Source: an uncultured Clostridia bacterium (GTDB taxonomy: Bacteria > Bacillota > Clostridia > TANB77 > CAG-508). Taken from it: a stretch of DNA of 55,752 bases. A program made the translations under genes and the position numbers. The stretch lies in contig CANPYN010000003.1 in NCBI GenBank assembly GCA_947588635.1, positions 1-55,752 of the forward strand, written 5' to 3'. A model generated the notes under the pieces. That model saw only the letters and a program-made list of their open reading frames with translations. It had not been told where the DNA came from and ran no database searches. Shown piece by piece: positions 31,335 through 43,147 of the stretch (its first letter is position 1; every line of letters begins with the position of its first letter).

Positions 31335-34300
31335 CTATTTCAGTTTCATTGAAAGTAATTTAGATATTCCGTTTTCTTCCATTGTTATTCCATATACTGT
31401 ATCTGCTGCCTCCATTGTTCCTTTTCTATGTGTTATTACTAAAAATTGTGTGTTTTTCGTAAATTTTTTTAGATAATCTGCAAATCTATATACATTTACA
31501 TCATCTAATGCAGCTTCTATTTCATCTAATACACAGAAAGGTGATGGATTTATTTTTAATATTGCAAATAATAGTGCAATTGCTGTAAATGCTTTTTCCC
31601 CTCCTGATAAAAGCGTCATATTTTGTAGCTTTTTGCCTGGTGGTTGCACTTCTACGTCTATTCCACATTCTAAGATATTTTCTTCATCTGTTAATTTTAA
31701 CTCTGCTTTACCTCCTCCAAATAATTCTTTAAATACTTCACCAAAGTTTTTATTTATAACTTTAAATTGTTTTTCAAATTGCTCTTTCATTATTTTTGTC
31801 ATATCTTGAATTACTTTCTTTAACTTACTGCTAGAATTCTCTAGGTCTAATCTTTGTTCACACATAAAGTCATATCTTTCTCTTGTCTGTTTATATTCTT
31901 CAATAGAATCTATATTTATACTTCCCAAATCTCTTATTTGATCTCTTAAACTTTTTACCTGTTTTGTAGTTTCCACTGCATTTTCAGGTTTCTTATATTC
32001 TCCTCCTACATTGTTTGGAGTAATTTCATAGTCTTCCCACATTTTATTGATAATCTGTTCTAATTCATATTCTATCTTAGACTTTTTAACTTCATTTTTT
32101 GTTATTTGTCCTTTTAATTCTTCTATTATTTCAAACTGCTGTGATATTTCTTCTTCTGTTTTTGCAAGTTCTTCATTTTTTTTAACTCTTTCTTGTTTTA
32201 AAGTATTTATTTTATCTCCGCTTGTTTCTACTTCTTGCTCCATTTGTTTTATTTCTTCATTTAAATTTATAATTTGCTCTTCCAAAGCTTTATTATCTTC
32301 TAGAATTTTTTCTCTTAATGCTGTTTTATTTTCTATACTAGCTTTATTATTTTCTATATCTTGTTCTATTCTTTGAACTAACTCATCAATTGAAACACTA
32401 CTTTCATCAAATGAACTTACAGATATTTTTAAATTAGTAATATCGAAATTCAAATCATCTATATATTTTTGATTATCTTTGTTGTTTTCACTAAATACTT
32501 TTATTTCTGCCGAAAGTTCTTCTACTTCTTTTTCTAATTGTTCTATTTCTTTTTCTAGTTCCTCTTTTGAAGTTAAACTTTCTTTTTTAGCCTCTTCTAT
32601 TTCAGTTAACTCTCTTCTTAAAGAAGTAAGTTTGTTTTCTAATCTTGTAATATTTTCTTCTACAGCTAAAACTTTTTGTTTTTCTGTTGCATATACAATC
32701 TCTGTATCTTGCATTATATGTTCTAAGCCTATTACTTCTTCTATAACATCTTCCTGAGATTTTTCATATTCTTGTTTTTCTGTTTCTAAACCTTCTATTT
32801 TTTTTGTTAAATTTTTTATGTCTTTTTCTAATTCTGCTATTTGAGTAGTTCTTCCTATAATATTATTAAATTTAGTTGTTGCAGATCCACCAGTTATAGC
32901 ACCACTTGGATTTATTACGTCACCTTTCAAAGTAACAATCCTAAATGAATAGCTATTTTGTCTAGCAAGAATAATTGCTGTTTCCATATTGTCTACAATT
33001 ACAGTCCTACCAAGTAAATTTAGAATTATAGATTCATATTTTTTATCTACTTTTACTAAATCTGATGCAATCCCTATTACACCACCTAAACTATTTTTTA
33101 TTAATCTGTCTACTTTCTTGCCTTTTACAGATGCAATTGGTAAAAATGATGCTCTTCCTAAATTATTTTTTCTTAAATGTTCTATTAATTTTTTAGCATC
33201 TTCTTCTGTATCTGTAACTATATTTTGAAGAGTTTGTCCAAGTGTCATTTCTATTGCTGTTTCATACTCTTTAGGAACTGAAATTATATTTGCTAAAACT
33301 CCATGCATACCTTTTTTTAAACCTACATCTTTATCACAGTCTAATAAAAGGGATTTTACACTCCTTATGTATCCTTCTTTTTCCTTTTCCATATCACTTA
33401 AGAATTTTAATTTTGAATCTTTAACTCTCATTTCACTTGATAAAGCATTTATTTTATCTTGATATTCTTTTAATTTTGAAAGACTTTTTTCTTTTTTTTC
33501 GTTTATTTCTTCTAGTTTTTTAGCCGACTCATTTCTTTTTGCTTCTATCTCATAAAAAGTTTTAGATATTTCATCTTTTTCTAATCTCTTCTCATCTAAC
33601 TCTGATATAGTATCTGATATTTCATTTTTTACAGTTTTTTCTCTTTTTTCTAGGTTCTCGTAATTTACCTCTTGAGTATTTATTAATGTTACTTTTTCAT
33701 ATTTTAAGTCTGTATTTTTTTCTACCGTTTTCTTCTTGTCTTCTATTTTCTTTTCTTCTGTAGATAATTTTGTAGTTATTTCTTCTAATTCTTTTTCTTT
33801 TTCTTCTAATTCTTTAGAAAATTTTTCTCTGTTTGATGATAAGTTTGTTTTCTTTTCTAATCTCTGTTTCTTTTCTTCTTCTAATTCTGTAATTCTTAAA
33901 TTTACTTCTTCTATTTCTTTTAAATATCTGTCAAAATTTTCTTTATTATTTGCAATTCTTTCATTTGCAATGTTTATGTCTGAATTTATTTTTTCTTGTT
34001 TTTCCCTCATTTCAAAACCTAAGTTTTGTGTCTCTTCTATTTTTAATATTATCTCATCTATTTTAATTTTTAGTTCTTCTTTTAAATTCTGTTTTTCTTG
34101 CATTTTTGATTCTTCATCATTATTTTGACTCATATATATATCTATATCTTTTGCAATCTCAGAAATTTTTTCTTTATAATTGTCTATATTGTATAAAAAC
34201 AATCCAATCTCTATCCCTTTTAATTCTTCTCTCAAATCTAAATATTTTTTTGCTTTTTCAGATTGTTTTTTTAATGGTTCGATATTAACTTCTATCTCTG

Positions 34301-34886
34301 ACAATATATCATTTATTCTAAGAAGATTCAGTTTTGTTTGCTCTAATTTTTTTTCAGAGTCTGCTTTTCTAACTCTGTACTTTACAATTCCTGCAGCTTC
34401 TTCAAAAATAGCACGTCTATCTTCTGATTTATTACTTAATATTTCATCTATCTTTCCCTGTCCTATTATTGAGTATCCGTCTTTACCTATACCTGTATCC
34501 ATAAACAATTCCAACACATCTTTTAATCTGCATGGTGTTTTATTTATATAATATCCTGATTCTCCGCTTCTATATATTCTTCTTGTAATCGTAACTTCAG
34601 AAAACTCTATCGGAAGCTTTCCATCAGTATTATCTATAACAATTGAGGCCTCCGCAAACCCCAACGATTTTCTACTTTGAGTTCCTGCAAATATTATATC
34701 CTCTGATTTTGAACCTCTTAAAGATTTCATACTTTGCTCTCCAAGTACCCATCTAATACTATCAGATATATTACTTTTCCCTGATCCATTTGGTCCAATA
34801 ACTGATGTAATACCTGGTCTAAATTCTAAAACAGTTTTATCTGCAAATGATTTAAATCCTTGTAATTCTAGTCTTTTTAAATACAT
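31335..34886 (-). CDS. smc: Chromosome segregation protein SMC
   Basis: GPNGSGKSN, hinge domain, LSGGE, LDEIEAALD; start taken at MYLK. Confidence 0.97.
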   Translation of the reverse strand: MYLKRLELQGFKSFADKTVLEFRPGITSVIGPNGSGKSNISDSIRWVLGEQSMKSLRGSKSEDIIFAGTQSRKSLGFAEASIVIDNTDGKLPIEFSEVTITRRIYRSGESGYYINKTPCRLKDVLELFMDTGIGKDGYSIIGQGKIDEILSNKSEDRRAIFEEAAGIVKYRVRKADSEKKLEQTKLNLLRINDILSEIEVNIEPLKKQSEKAKKYLDLREELKGIEIGLFLYNIDNYKEKISEIAKDIDIYMSQNNDEESKMQEKQNLKEELKIKIDEIILKIEETQNLGFEMREKQEKINSDINIANERIANNKENFDRYLKEIEEVNLRITELEEEKKQRLEKKTNLSSNREKFSKELEEKEKELEEITTKLSTEEKKIEDKKKTVEKNTDLKYEKVTLINTQEVNYENLEKREKTVKNEISDTISELDEKRLEKDEISKTFYEIEAKRNESAKKLEEINEKKEKSLSKLKEYQDKINALSSEMRVKDSKLKFLSDMEKEKEGYIRSVKSLLLDCDKDVGLKKGMHGVLANIISVPKEYETAIEMTLGQTLQNIVTDTEEDAKKLIEHLRKNNLGRASFLPIASVKGKKVDRLIKNSLGGVIGIASDLVKVDKKYESIILNLLGRTVIVDNMETAIILARQNSYSFRIVTLKGDVINPSGAITGGSATTKFNNIIGRTTQIAELEKDIKNLTKKIEGLETEKQEYEKSQEDVIEEVIGLEHIMQDTEIVYATEKQKVLAVEENITRLENKLTSLRRELTEIEEAKKESLTSKEELEKEIEQLEKEVEELSAEIKVFSENNKDNQKYIDDLNFDITNLKISVSSFDESSVSIDELVQRIEQDIENNKASIENKTALREKILEDNKALEEQIINLNEEIKQMEQEVETSGDKINTLKQERVKKNEELAKTEEEISQQFEIIEELKGQITKNEVKKSKIEYELEQIINKMWEDYEITPNNVGGEYKKPENAVETTKQVKSLRDQIRDLGSINIDSIEEYKQTRERYDFMCEQRLDLENSSSKLKKVIQDMTKIMKEQFEKQFKVINKNFGEVFKELFGGGKAELKLTDEENILECGIDVEVQPPGKKLQNMTLLSGGEKAFTAIALLFAILKINPSPFCVLDEIEAALDDVNVYRFADYLKKFTKNTQFLVITHRKGTMEAADTVYGITMEENGISKLLSMKLK

Positions 34887-35032
34887 GTCTCCCACCTTCA
34901 AAGAAAATGAGAAGCTCATCGTGCTTCTTTTTTCTAAAATTCAATATTATATATAATATATTAAAAATAGTTTTTTATCAACATTTTTTTGCATTTTTTA
35001 AGAGAGTTCATATTTGAACTCTCTTAGCTTAT

Positions 35033-36805
35033 TTAATTTTCTTCTACTATTACTTTATTAATATAACCTCCTGCATCTCTTTCAAATGATACTTTATATG
35101 TTTTACTTGTGTCTATCGCCTCATTTGAAACTCCAGAATATGCAACTATATTTTGTGTATTTGCTGCATTACTTGCATTAACCATATTTTGTAGACTCTT
35201 TATTTCTGCGCCTTTTCTTATTCCTTCATAAGATGTAAATTGACTATTGAACGCTTGAACCTTTTGAGTTTCTAAACTTGAAATTGAACTTTGTGATGTA
35301 ATTGACTCGTTTCCCCCAGTAATTCCATTTAAAAATCCATTTCCTTCTTTACTAGTATTTTGATTTGCTTTATATGCACTCTCAAATTGTGTATATGCTT
35401 CAATTTTTGATGTTATAAATGTTATAAAAAAATCTTTTTTATTAAGTTTTTCTGTTAGTAAATTCCATAAATTCCTAAATAAATTATTTGATTGTTCTTC
35501 AGAAAGTTTATTTATAACTAAGTAATTTCCTTCTTTAAATTCTTCAAATTGTGGTGATGCCGAGAAATTTGAAGTATTATTTAAACTAATATTAACATTT
35601 ATATCTTCTAATGAATTTTTTATAGATGCAGCTACGTCAAATGAGACATTATCAGACGTATAATCTCCATTTCTAGTAATATTAATATTAGAATTTAATT
35701 GTTCTTCTCCGTTTACTAGTTGTGTCATTACTCCATCTACAACTTCTTGCTCTTTAGAATTATTTGTTTTTGTAATAGTCATTTTATTTTCATTAGTACC
35801 AGAAATTGTTGTAACAAAATAATCATATATTAAACTCATTCCTTTTGATAATTTTTCAAAAGCTACTTCCATTTTAATTGTTTCTTCTTCATCTGCTAAT
35901 TTTATAGAAAATTTAACAGTATTCTTTCCTTGTTTATAAATAGTTATAGTTAATATATTAATATTTTGTTCATCAGTTATCTCTTGAGACACAGTATCCA
36001 AGCTTTGTTGAATGTTAGCTTGATAACTTTCAAATGTCATGTCATCATTTTTTATTAAATTAAATAATTGTTCATCATTTTTTGCATTTTCTAATACTTT
36101 TTTAGATATTGATAGAAGATCCTTTATTTTTAATTTTATCTTATATCCATCTGCTTCTATTTCTGTGTTATCACTCAAAGAAATTTTCTCTTTTTCAATC
36201 TTTGAATATTTTTCTTCAGGTATTGCTTTAACTGCAATATCTATATATTTATTAAATACAGTTTTTAATTCATTACGTTTTGATAAATCTATATTTTTAC
36301 TAAATTGTATTTTATCTAGTATATTATCTATACCATCTAAACCAACTTTTGCAGCATATTCTTCCCAATCATTATTATCTACTACAATATATTGATTAAC
36401 TATATCTTTAAATAATACTCCATATAAATCTTGATTTCTCAAATAATTCATTTGTAGTAAAGTTTCATTATCATTATTTATGCTTATATCATAATTTGAT
36501 TTATTACTTACTGGATCAGAATAGCCGTTATATTTTATCGATTCATTCATTGAGTTTTCTTCCACATCCATATTAAATGCAATTGTTCCTTCGTTTGAAT
36601 GTGTCTTTGTCTTTGTTTTTTCAATATAACTGTTAAAACCTTCTAAATCAATAAATTCATCTAAATTTATTTGACCTGCATATTTTAAAAATAAATCTTT
36701 ATCTGATTTAAAAATATCTGTTGCAAAATATAATATTGCAAATGTAATACATCCTACTATAAGTATTGATACTAGTGTAATAATTAAAATTTTGACTTTT
36801 TTCAT
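35033..36805 (-). CDS. Membrane-anchored extracellular protein ending in a MENASKAL-pilin-like globular domain
   Basis: N-terminal TM helix; C-terminal QKVQAFNSQFTSYEGIRKGAEIK...NASNA...GYI matches the pilins at 7659-9471. Confidence 0.7.
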   Translation of the reverse strand: MKKVKILIITLVSILIVGCITFAILYFATDIFKSDKDLFLKYAGQINLDEFIDLEGFNSYIEKTKTKTHSNEGTIAFNMDVEENSMNESIKYNGYSDPVSNKSNYDISINNDNETLLQMNYLRNQDLYGVLFKDIVNQYIVVDNNDWEEYAAKVGLDGIDNILDKIQFSKNIDLSKRNELKTVFNKYIDIAVKAIPEEKYSKIEKEKISLSDNTEIEADGYKIKLKIKDLLSISKKVLENAKNDEQLFNLIKNDDMTFESYQANIQQSLDTVSQEITDEQNINILTITIYKQGKNTVKFSIKLADEEETIKMEVAFEKLSKGMSLIYDYFVTTISGTNENKMTITKTNNSKEQEVVDGVMTQLVNGEEQLNSNINITRNGDYTSDNVSFDVAASIKNSLEDINVNISLNNTSNFSASPQFEEFKEGNYLVINKLSEEQSNNLFRNLWNLLTEKLNKKDFFITFITSKIEAYTQFESAYKANQNTSKEGNGFLNGITGGNESITSQSSISSLETQKVQAFNSQFTSYEGIRKGAEIKSLQNMVNASNAANTQNIVAYSGVSNEAIDTSKTYKVSFERDAGGYINKVIVEEN

Positions 36806-37114
36806 ATGTTCTCCCCTTTTACTTTATATGTTATATTTTATCACAATATTATTCTAATATCTATACAAAATATAATTTTTTACCTATTATAACGTATATC
36901 GAGTCTCTACACTTAGTATTCTATCTTAATTTTTATTCTGAATAATACCAAATAAACTTAAGCAGTGAATATATTTCACTGTTTTGTCCACAATAAATCG
37001 TATAACATATTGTGTAATTTGATATGTTTTTTTGATAACATACAAGAAAGGTGATTATGCTTTGGTTTTTTATTAATTAAATAATGAATATTTTCTAATT
37101 TTGCATTTATAATA

Positions 37115-37873
37115 TTAGGTAATCATTAATCTTTTTATAATTTTTTCTTTTGGAGTATATAACATGTATCTTATGTAATATTTTTGTAACGGTCTAAAGA
37201 ATACATCTAATAATAAAATATCTTTTATTTTAAATACAACTCCTTTACTCCTTAAATAATCACATGTATATAATTTACAACCTATACATTTTGCACCACA
37301 TTTATACTCTTTTGTCAAATGTTCACATATAGACCATTTAAAGCAAAGCGGTCCTAATAATTTATATTTATAATGACGACAACACCCTATAACTGAAGAT
37401 GTCCCCTTTTTTTCTCCACATTGGTTGTCCTTAAAATCACATAAATTTTTTCCATAAAAAAAACTATCTAAATAATCACATACTGTATCATAAATATAAT
37501 TATATCTTTCATATCTAGTTTTATAAAATATAGCGTTAATAGCTAAAATAAAGTCATTATGATTTTTATTATCTTTATCATAGTTTATTATATACCCTAA
37601 TAGAATTTTTGAATCCTCTTTAATTCCTATTCTATTTTCTGATTTCATTTTTTTTATAAAAAGTAATTTTTTTAATATTTTTTTATATTGTTTTTTATCA
37701 AAACTATTAAAATCAATTTTAAGAACTAGATTTTCTTTTTTAAAAATAGTACTTAATTTTAATTCTTTAATTTCTGTAGCATTTTCTATTTTTTCATTTA
37801 CATTATTCACTATTTTTAAGTAATATTTATTATCTAAATCAATTATACTGTTTATATCTACAACCATTTCCAA
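37115..37873 (-). CDS. Cys-rich hypothetical protein (possible Zn or Fe-S binding)
   Basis: 252 aa, Cys clustered in the C-terminal half (GCC, CEHL, CGAKCIGCKLYTC). Confidence 0.6.
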   Translation of the reverse strand: MEMVVDINSIIDLDNKYYLKIVNNVNEKIENATEIKELKLSTIFKKENLVLKIDFNSFDKKQYKKILKKLLFIKKMKSENRIGIKEDSKILLGYIINYDKDNKNHNDFILAINAIFYKTRYERYNYIYDTVCDYLDSFFYGKNLCDFKDNQCGEKKGTSSVIGCCRHYKYKLLGPLCFKWSICEHLTKEYKCGAKCIGCKLYTCDYLRSKGVVFKIKDILLLDVFFRPLQKYYIRYMLYTPKEKIIKRLMIT

Positions 37874-38049
37874 TCTTATAAATTCCTTTCTTTATTTAGG
37901 TTAAGAGGTCCAGAAATGCTACAAACATCAGGTTTATATTACTCAAGTACTATATGTTAAATTATACAACATCTTTTATTTTATGTCAACGTTTTCCACA
38001 TTAATTCGTATTTATTCCGCAAATCTCTTCACAAATCTACAAAACAGTT

Positions 38050-38932
38050 TTATTCTTTTTTAAATCCTTCCCCAAATACTTCTCTTGCATTTGATATCAC
38101 AATAAATGCATTTTTGTCAATTTCATTTACAATTTTTCTTATTTCTCGAACCTCATTTCTTGAAGCCACACACATTAATACATTTTTTTCCTCTTTTTTA
38201 TACATTCCCTGTCCTTGTAGTGATGTACTTCCCCTTTTTACTTTGTCTCCTATTTCTTTTGCTATTGTATCATATTTTGTAGATATTATATACACAATTT
38301 TTGCAAAATCTATACCCTCAAAAAATATGTCTAACATCTTTCCCATTATAAATATCGTAATTGCAGAATATAATCCTACTTCTAATTCTCTAAAAAATAG
38401 AACATTTAATGCTACTATAGTTGTATCCAAAATAACAAGCAAGTTACTTATTTTTATATTCGGATTAAATGCTTTAGTTATTTGTGTTAAAAGATCACTC
38501 CCTCCGGTTGATGCACCTGCTTTTAAAATTATTGCTGTTCCTATACCTGCTATTATTCCACCATATATACAACCTAAAAACCTATCATTTGTAAGTGGTG
38601 TAAACTTATCGAATATATCTAAAAATAATGATAATAATACTGTCCCTGCTATTGCATTAATAAAAAAGACTTTTCCATTTTTTAATAATGATATAACAAA
38701 TAAAGGTATATTCAAAATTAATACCATAGTTCCGTAATGGAATATTAAATAAGTAATATGTAATTGTTGCTATTCCCGAAAAGCCTCCAGCAGATAACTG
38801 GTTTGGGAGCAAAAAAAGACTAGTTGCAGCAGCTATAATAGCTGTTCCAACAATTATCTGTATAGCTTGTATCAATAAATATTTGAATTTAATTACTTCC
38901 CTTTTTGTTTTAAATTGCATAAAACCCTCCAT
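38050..38932 (-). CDS. YitT family membrane protein; one +1 shift at CGG
   Basis: LSAGGFSG, LNIPLF and GASTGGSD motifs, C-terminal DKNAF..I..A.EV.GEGF; TTA-CGGA at 38731-38734 joins NIPL-G-TMVLILNIP. Confidence 0.88.
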
Positions 38933-38958
38933 ATTTATTATGAAGGGTTTTAGATTTT

Positions 38959-40020
38959 TTATTCATCTAAAAAGTCTGTATATGTTTTTATAACTTTTAT
39001 TTCAAATTTTCCTGGTCTTATTTCCTTTTTTTGCTTTATCTTTACATCCACATCATATAATTCCCTTAATTTTTGAATATTTTCTTTTTTATGCCCTACT
39101 ATATTGTTTACATTTTCAGGATTAATTATTATTTCGATTTCTTTTACTTTAACATTGAATTTCTTTATTTTTTCTAATATAGTATCATACCAAATACTAT
39201 CTTCTACTAATTGTCCAAAAGCTTCATGGTATGGTCCTGCTACAACTTCGCTTTTTTCATTTTTTGGATTAGATATTAAATCTGTGTTTTGAAGTCCCAT
39301 CCTTATTACTGAAATTTTTCTTCTTGTAAAGAAATAATATAACTCTTTGCATCTCTCAACCGCTTGGTTTATTGATAATGGTTCATATTCTCCACTTTTA
39401 TATTCTTTTTCTAATTCTGTATTTTTTATTACTAACACTGGATATAATCTTACCATCTTAGGCTTTAATTTTGCTAAATCTTTTGCTGTATTTAATTCAT
39501 CTAATTTCGTACTTTCAGGAAGTCCTATCATCATTTGATGTCCAAGTTCAAATTTATATCTTCTTATTAATTTTGAAGCTTTTTTTACATCTTCAAAAGT
39601 ATGTCCTCTTTTACATTTTTTTAATATGTAATCATTTGTAGACTGTACACCTAATTCTATTGTTTTTACTCCATATTTTTTAAGAAGTTTCAACCTATCT
39701 TTATCTATGTAATCCGGTCTAGTAGATACTCTAATTGAATCAACTTTTTTGTTTTTTACATACTCATATGCTACCTGTAATAATTCTTCTTGTTTTTCTA
39801 TTTCTATACCTGTAAAACTTCCTCCAAAAAAAGCTATTTCTTTGTAACTATCTTGTTCTTTAAAACTTTTTAAATACTCTTCTATTGTCTCTTTTACTTC
39901 TCTTTTTGTAACTTTTTTTGTTTGACCACTTATGCTTTTTTGATTACAAAATGTACAATCATTTGGACATCCTAAGTGTGGCACAAATATTGGTATTATG
40001 TATTGCTCTTTTTCCTTCAT
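38959..40020 (-). CDS. Radical SAM protein (Elp3-like) downstream of rnc
   Basis: CPNDCTFC, FFGGSFT, STRPD and ELGVQS motifs; start taken at MKEK after an AAGGAGAGG RBS. Confidence 0.88.
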   Translation of the reverse strand: MKEKEQYIIPIFVPHLGCPNDCTFCNQKSISGQTKKVTKREVKETIEEYLKSFKEQDSYKEIAFFGGSFTGIEIEKQEELLQVAYEYVKNKKVDSIRVSTRPDYIDKDRLKLLKKYGVKTIELGVQSTNDYILKKCKRGHTFEDVKKASKLIRRYKFELGHQMMIGLPESTKLDELNTAKDLAKLKPKMVRLYPVLVIKNTELEKEYKSGEYEPLSINQAVERCKELYYFFTRRKISVIRMGLQNTDLISNPKNEKSEVVAGPYHEAFGQLVEDSIWYDTILEKIKKFNVKVKEIEIIINPENVNNIVGHKKENIQKLRELYDVDVKIKQKKEIRPGKFEIKVIKTYTDFLDE

Positions 40021-40042
40021 TAATTTCCTCTCCTTTAAGGTA

Positions 40043-40094
40043 TAGGGACACACCTTTGTCATAGGCATTCCTCATAGATTAAGTTATGTCCCTA
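40043..40094. repeat. GGGACA...TGTCCC hairpin repeat, copy 4
   Basis: tagggaca...ggcattcctcatagatt...tgtcccta. Confidence 0.65.
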
Positions 40095-40110
40095 CTGTGA
40101 TTTACTGATG

Positions 40111-40798
40111 TCAGTTTTTATGTTCGTTACTGTTTGTTAATGCTTGTTTGGCCGCTTCCATTTCTGCTGCTTTTTTTGTTTTTCCTTCTCCACAAGCCAA
40201 AGCCTTTCCATTACATCTTACTTCAACTACAAATATTTTATCATGATCCGGTCCTTTTTCATTTAATAATTTATATTCAATTTCTACACTACCATTTTTT
40301 TGGAGTTTCTCCTGTAATACTGTTTTATAATCTTTCTGTCCAACATTTTTACTTGATAATTCTATATAATCCTTTAAATTATTGATAATAAAAGTTTTAG
40401 CACTCTCCAAGTTGGAATCTTTATAGATTGCTGCAATAACCGCTTCAACACTATCTGCAAGTATTGCTGGTTTTTTATTACCGACCGCATTTTATTTCGC
40501 TCTTACCTACATACAGAAAATCACTAAAATTATGCTCACTTGCAATCTTATATAGACTTTCTTCACAAACTACTGTTGCTCTAACTTTAGTCATTTCCCC
40601 TTCTTTTAATTCTTTATAGTTATTGTATAAATAATCACTCACAATAAATTCTAAAATTGCATCTCCTAAAAATTCTAATTTTTCATTGCTTTCTATTTTC
40701 TTCTCATTTGCATATGAAGTATGCGTTAATGCTGTTTTTATAAGATGCTTGTCTTTAAATGTATATCCTATATTCTTTTCAAATTTTTCTAAATCCAT
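40111..40798 (-). CDS. rnc: Ribonuclease III; ~228 aa after one +1 shift at CGG
   Basis: NEKLEFLGDA signature; GGT-CGGT at 40480-40483 continues G-NKKPAILADSVEAVIAAIY (catalytic D..E) into the dsRBD. Confidence 0.95.
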
Positions 40799-40831
40799 AA
40801 ATTGCCTCCTTTGTTATTCAAATTGTCGTTT

Positions 40832-41950
40832 TTATAATTTAACTAATTTCTTTATTTCCTCATATATCTTTTCTTCAACATCTTTAATAGCAACCTTTTT
40901 TGCATTTTGTCCCATTTCTAATAATTTATTTTTATCTTTCAACATGTCATTTAGCATATCAGACAAAATATTTGCATTTAAGTCCTTATCTAATATGATT
41001 TTTGCTGCCCCTGCGTCTGCAAGTACTCTTGCATTATACTCTTGATGATTTTCTGTTGCAAATGGAAAAGGTATAAAAATTGCTGGTTTCTCTGTAATTG
41101 CAATTTCAGTTATTGTCATTGCTCCACTTCTTGAAATTATTATATCTGCTAAATTCATCATCTCTTCCATATTATATATATATGGTATTATCTTTATATT
41201 TTTTATTTCATTTATATCTATATTAAATTCTTTTAAATTGTCTTTTATAATATCATATTGTTTTGGACCAGGTGCCCATATTATTTGATAACCAGAATTG
41301 CTTTTATTTTTTATCACTTCCATCATACAAGAATTTATTGACTTAGCACCTTGGCTCCCACCAAATATGAGTACAATTGGTAATTCTTTATTTAGCTTAA
41401 GTTCATCTATTATTTTTTCTTTTTGTTCTTTAGATAAATTTATTTTTTTTACTTTTGTTGGAGTTCCTGTAACTACTATATTCTTTGCCTTTGGTAGTCT
41501 GCTTATAGCATCTTTAAATCCTACTAATACTGTATTTACTTTGTTTGATAATAATTTAGTAGTAACACCTGGAAAAGCATTACTTTCATGTAGTACCGTT
41601 GGTATATTATATTTTCTTGCCGCCATAAGTACAGGACCACATATAAAGCCACCTGTTCCAATAACTATGTCTGGTCTAAATTCATTTACTATTTTTTTTG
41701 CTTCAGTAAGTCCCTTCATCGTTTTTAACAAATTTTTTATGTTTTCGATACTCATTTTTCTATTTATACCATATGCCTCAATAGTTTTTAATTCATATCC
41801 TGCTCTTGGAACTAGATCATTTTCCAACCCTCTAGTAGTACCTATAAACATTATTTTTGCATCTTTGTTTTCTTTTTTTATTTTATTAGCAATTGCAATT
41901 CCTGGATTAATATGTCCTCCAGTTTGTGCCGCTGCAATTATTACTTTCAT
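40832..41950 (-). CDS. murG: MurG glycosyltransferase
   Basis: TGGHINP, HESNA, GGSQGA, RSGA and HQEYNA motifs. Confidence 0.96.
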   Translation of the reverse strand: MKVIIAAAQTGGHINPGIAIANKIKKENKDAKIMFIGTTRGLENDLVPRAGYELKTIEAYGINRKMSIENIKNLLKTMKGLTEAKKIVNEFRPDIVIGTGGFICGPVLMAARKYNIPTVLHESNAFPGVTTKLLSNKVNTVLVGFKDAISRLPKAKNIVVTGTPTKVKKINLSKEQKEKIIDELKLNKELPIVLIFGGSQGAKSINSCMMEVIKNKSNSGYQIIWAPGPKQYDIIKDNLKEFNIDINEIKNIKIIPYIYNMEEMMNLADIIISRSGAMTITEIAITEKPAIFIPFPFATENHQEYNARVLADAGAAKIILDKDLNANILSDMLNDMLKDKNKLLEMGQNAKKVAIKDVEEKIYEEIKKLVKL

Positions 41951-41967
41951 TTAATTTCTCCTCTCTT

Positions 41968-43126
41968 TTATATTTTCTGACTTTGCCTTGATATATTCAG
42001 CAACACTCCTACCGAACAAAGTAGAATTATAAGAGAGGTACCACCATAACTAAAGAATGGAAGTGGCATACCTGTTACTGGCATAGATGATGTTACAACT
42101 GCTATATTAATGATTGCTTGTAATCCTATCAATGAAGTAATACCTATTGCAAGAAGACTTCCAAACATATCAGGTGCTTTCATCGCAATTATAATGCCTC
42201 TCCAAATAAATATTGCAAATAATAATATAACTGCCACGCACCCTATAAATCCTAATTCTTCTGCTAAAACTGCAAATATGAAATCATTATGTGGTTCTGA
42301 TATATACAAATACTTTTGTTTACTATTTCCGAAGTCCTACTCCAAAAAGGCCTCCTGAACCAATAGCATATAAACTTTGTATTATTTGCCATCCAGAACC
42401 TTGTGCATCTGCCCAAGGATTTAAAAATGCTGTTATTCTAGTTAATCTAAATCCTCCTACTTGAAAATACTTTGCAAGAATAAACATTCCTCCAATTAAA
42501 CCTGTTGCTCCAATCGTACCAAATGTTACAAAATGAGAAATTTTGCTACCTGCAATTATCATCATTATAGATACAACTAAAATTATTGTAACTGATGCAC
42601 TTAAGTGCGTTTGTACAACTAATAAAATTAAAATTATAGGTGATAAAATTAAAAATGGTTTTAAAAATCCCTTCCATATATTTTTCAATTCGTCTTTATG
42701 ATTTGTAAGAAAAGCTGCATAAAATACAATAATACCTATTTTTGTAAATTCAGATGGTTGAAATGAAGATACAATAGGAAGATTAATCCATCTTCTTGCT
42801 CCATTAACTGTTCTTCCAAGTCCTGGTACCAAAACAAGTAATAATACTACTAAAGATACTACATATGCTATTTTATAAAATTTAGCATATTTTCTATAAT
42901 CTATCTTTGATAATATAATCATTGCAACAACACCAATAAAAGCACATAATAATTGTTTTATTACATATGTATAACTACTACCTGTAGTAGCAAGTGATGA
43001 TGGTGAACTAGCTGATAATACCATTATAATTCCTAAAGCCAATAATAACAAAACTGTTATAAATAATATAAAATCAAATGACTTATATACTGCTTTTTCA
43101 TTGGAAAATTGCCTTTTTTTTGTCAT
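41968..43126 (-). CDS. ftsW: SEDS protein FtsW/SpoVE; ~385 aa after one +1 shift at CGG
   Basis: QPSEFTK, PHNDFIF and SYGGTS motifs; CTT-CGGA at 42328-42331 restores GVGL-G-NSKQKYLY. Confidence 0.9.
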
Positions 43127-43147
43127 ATTATCCTTCCTTTCAATTCT

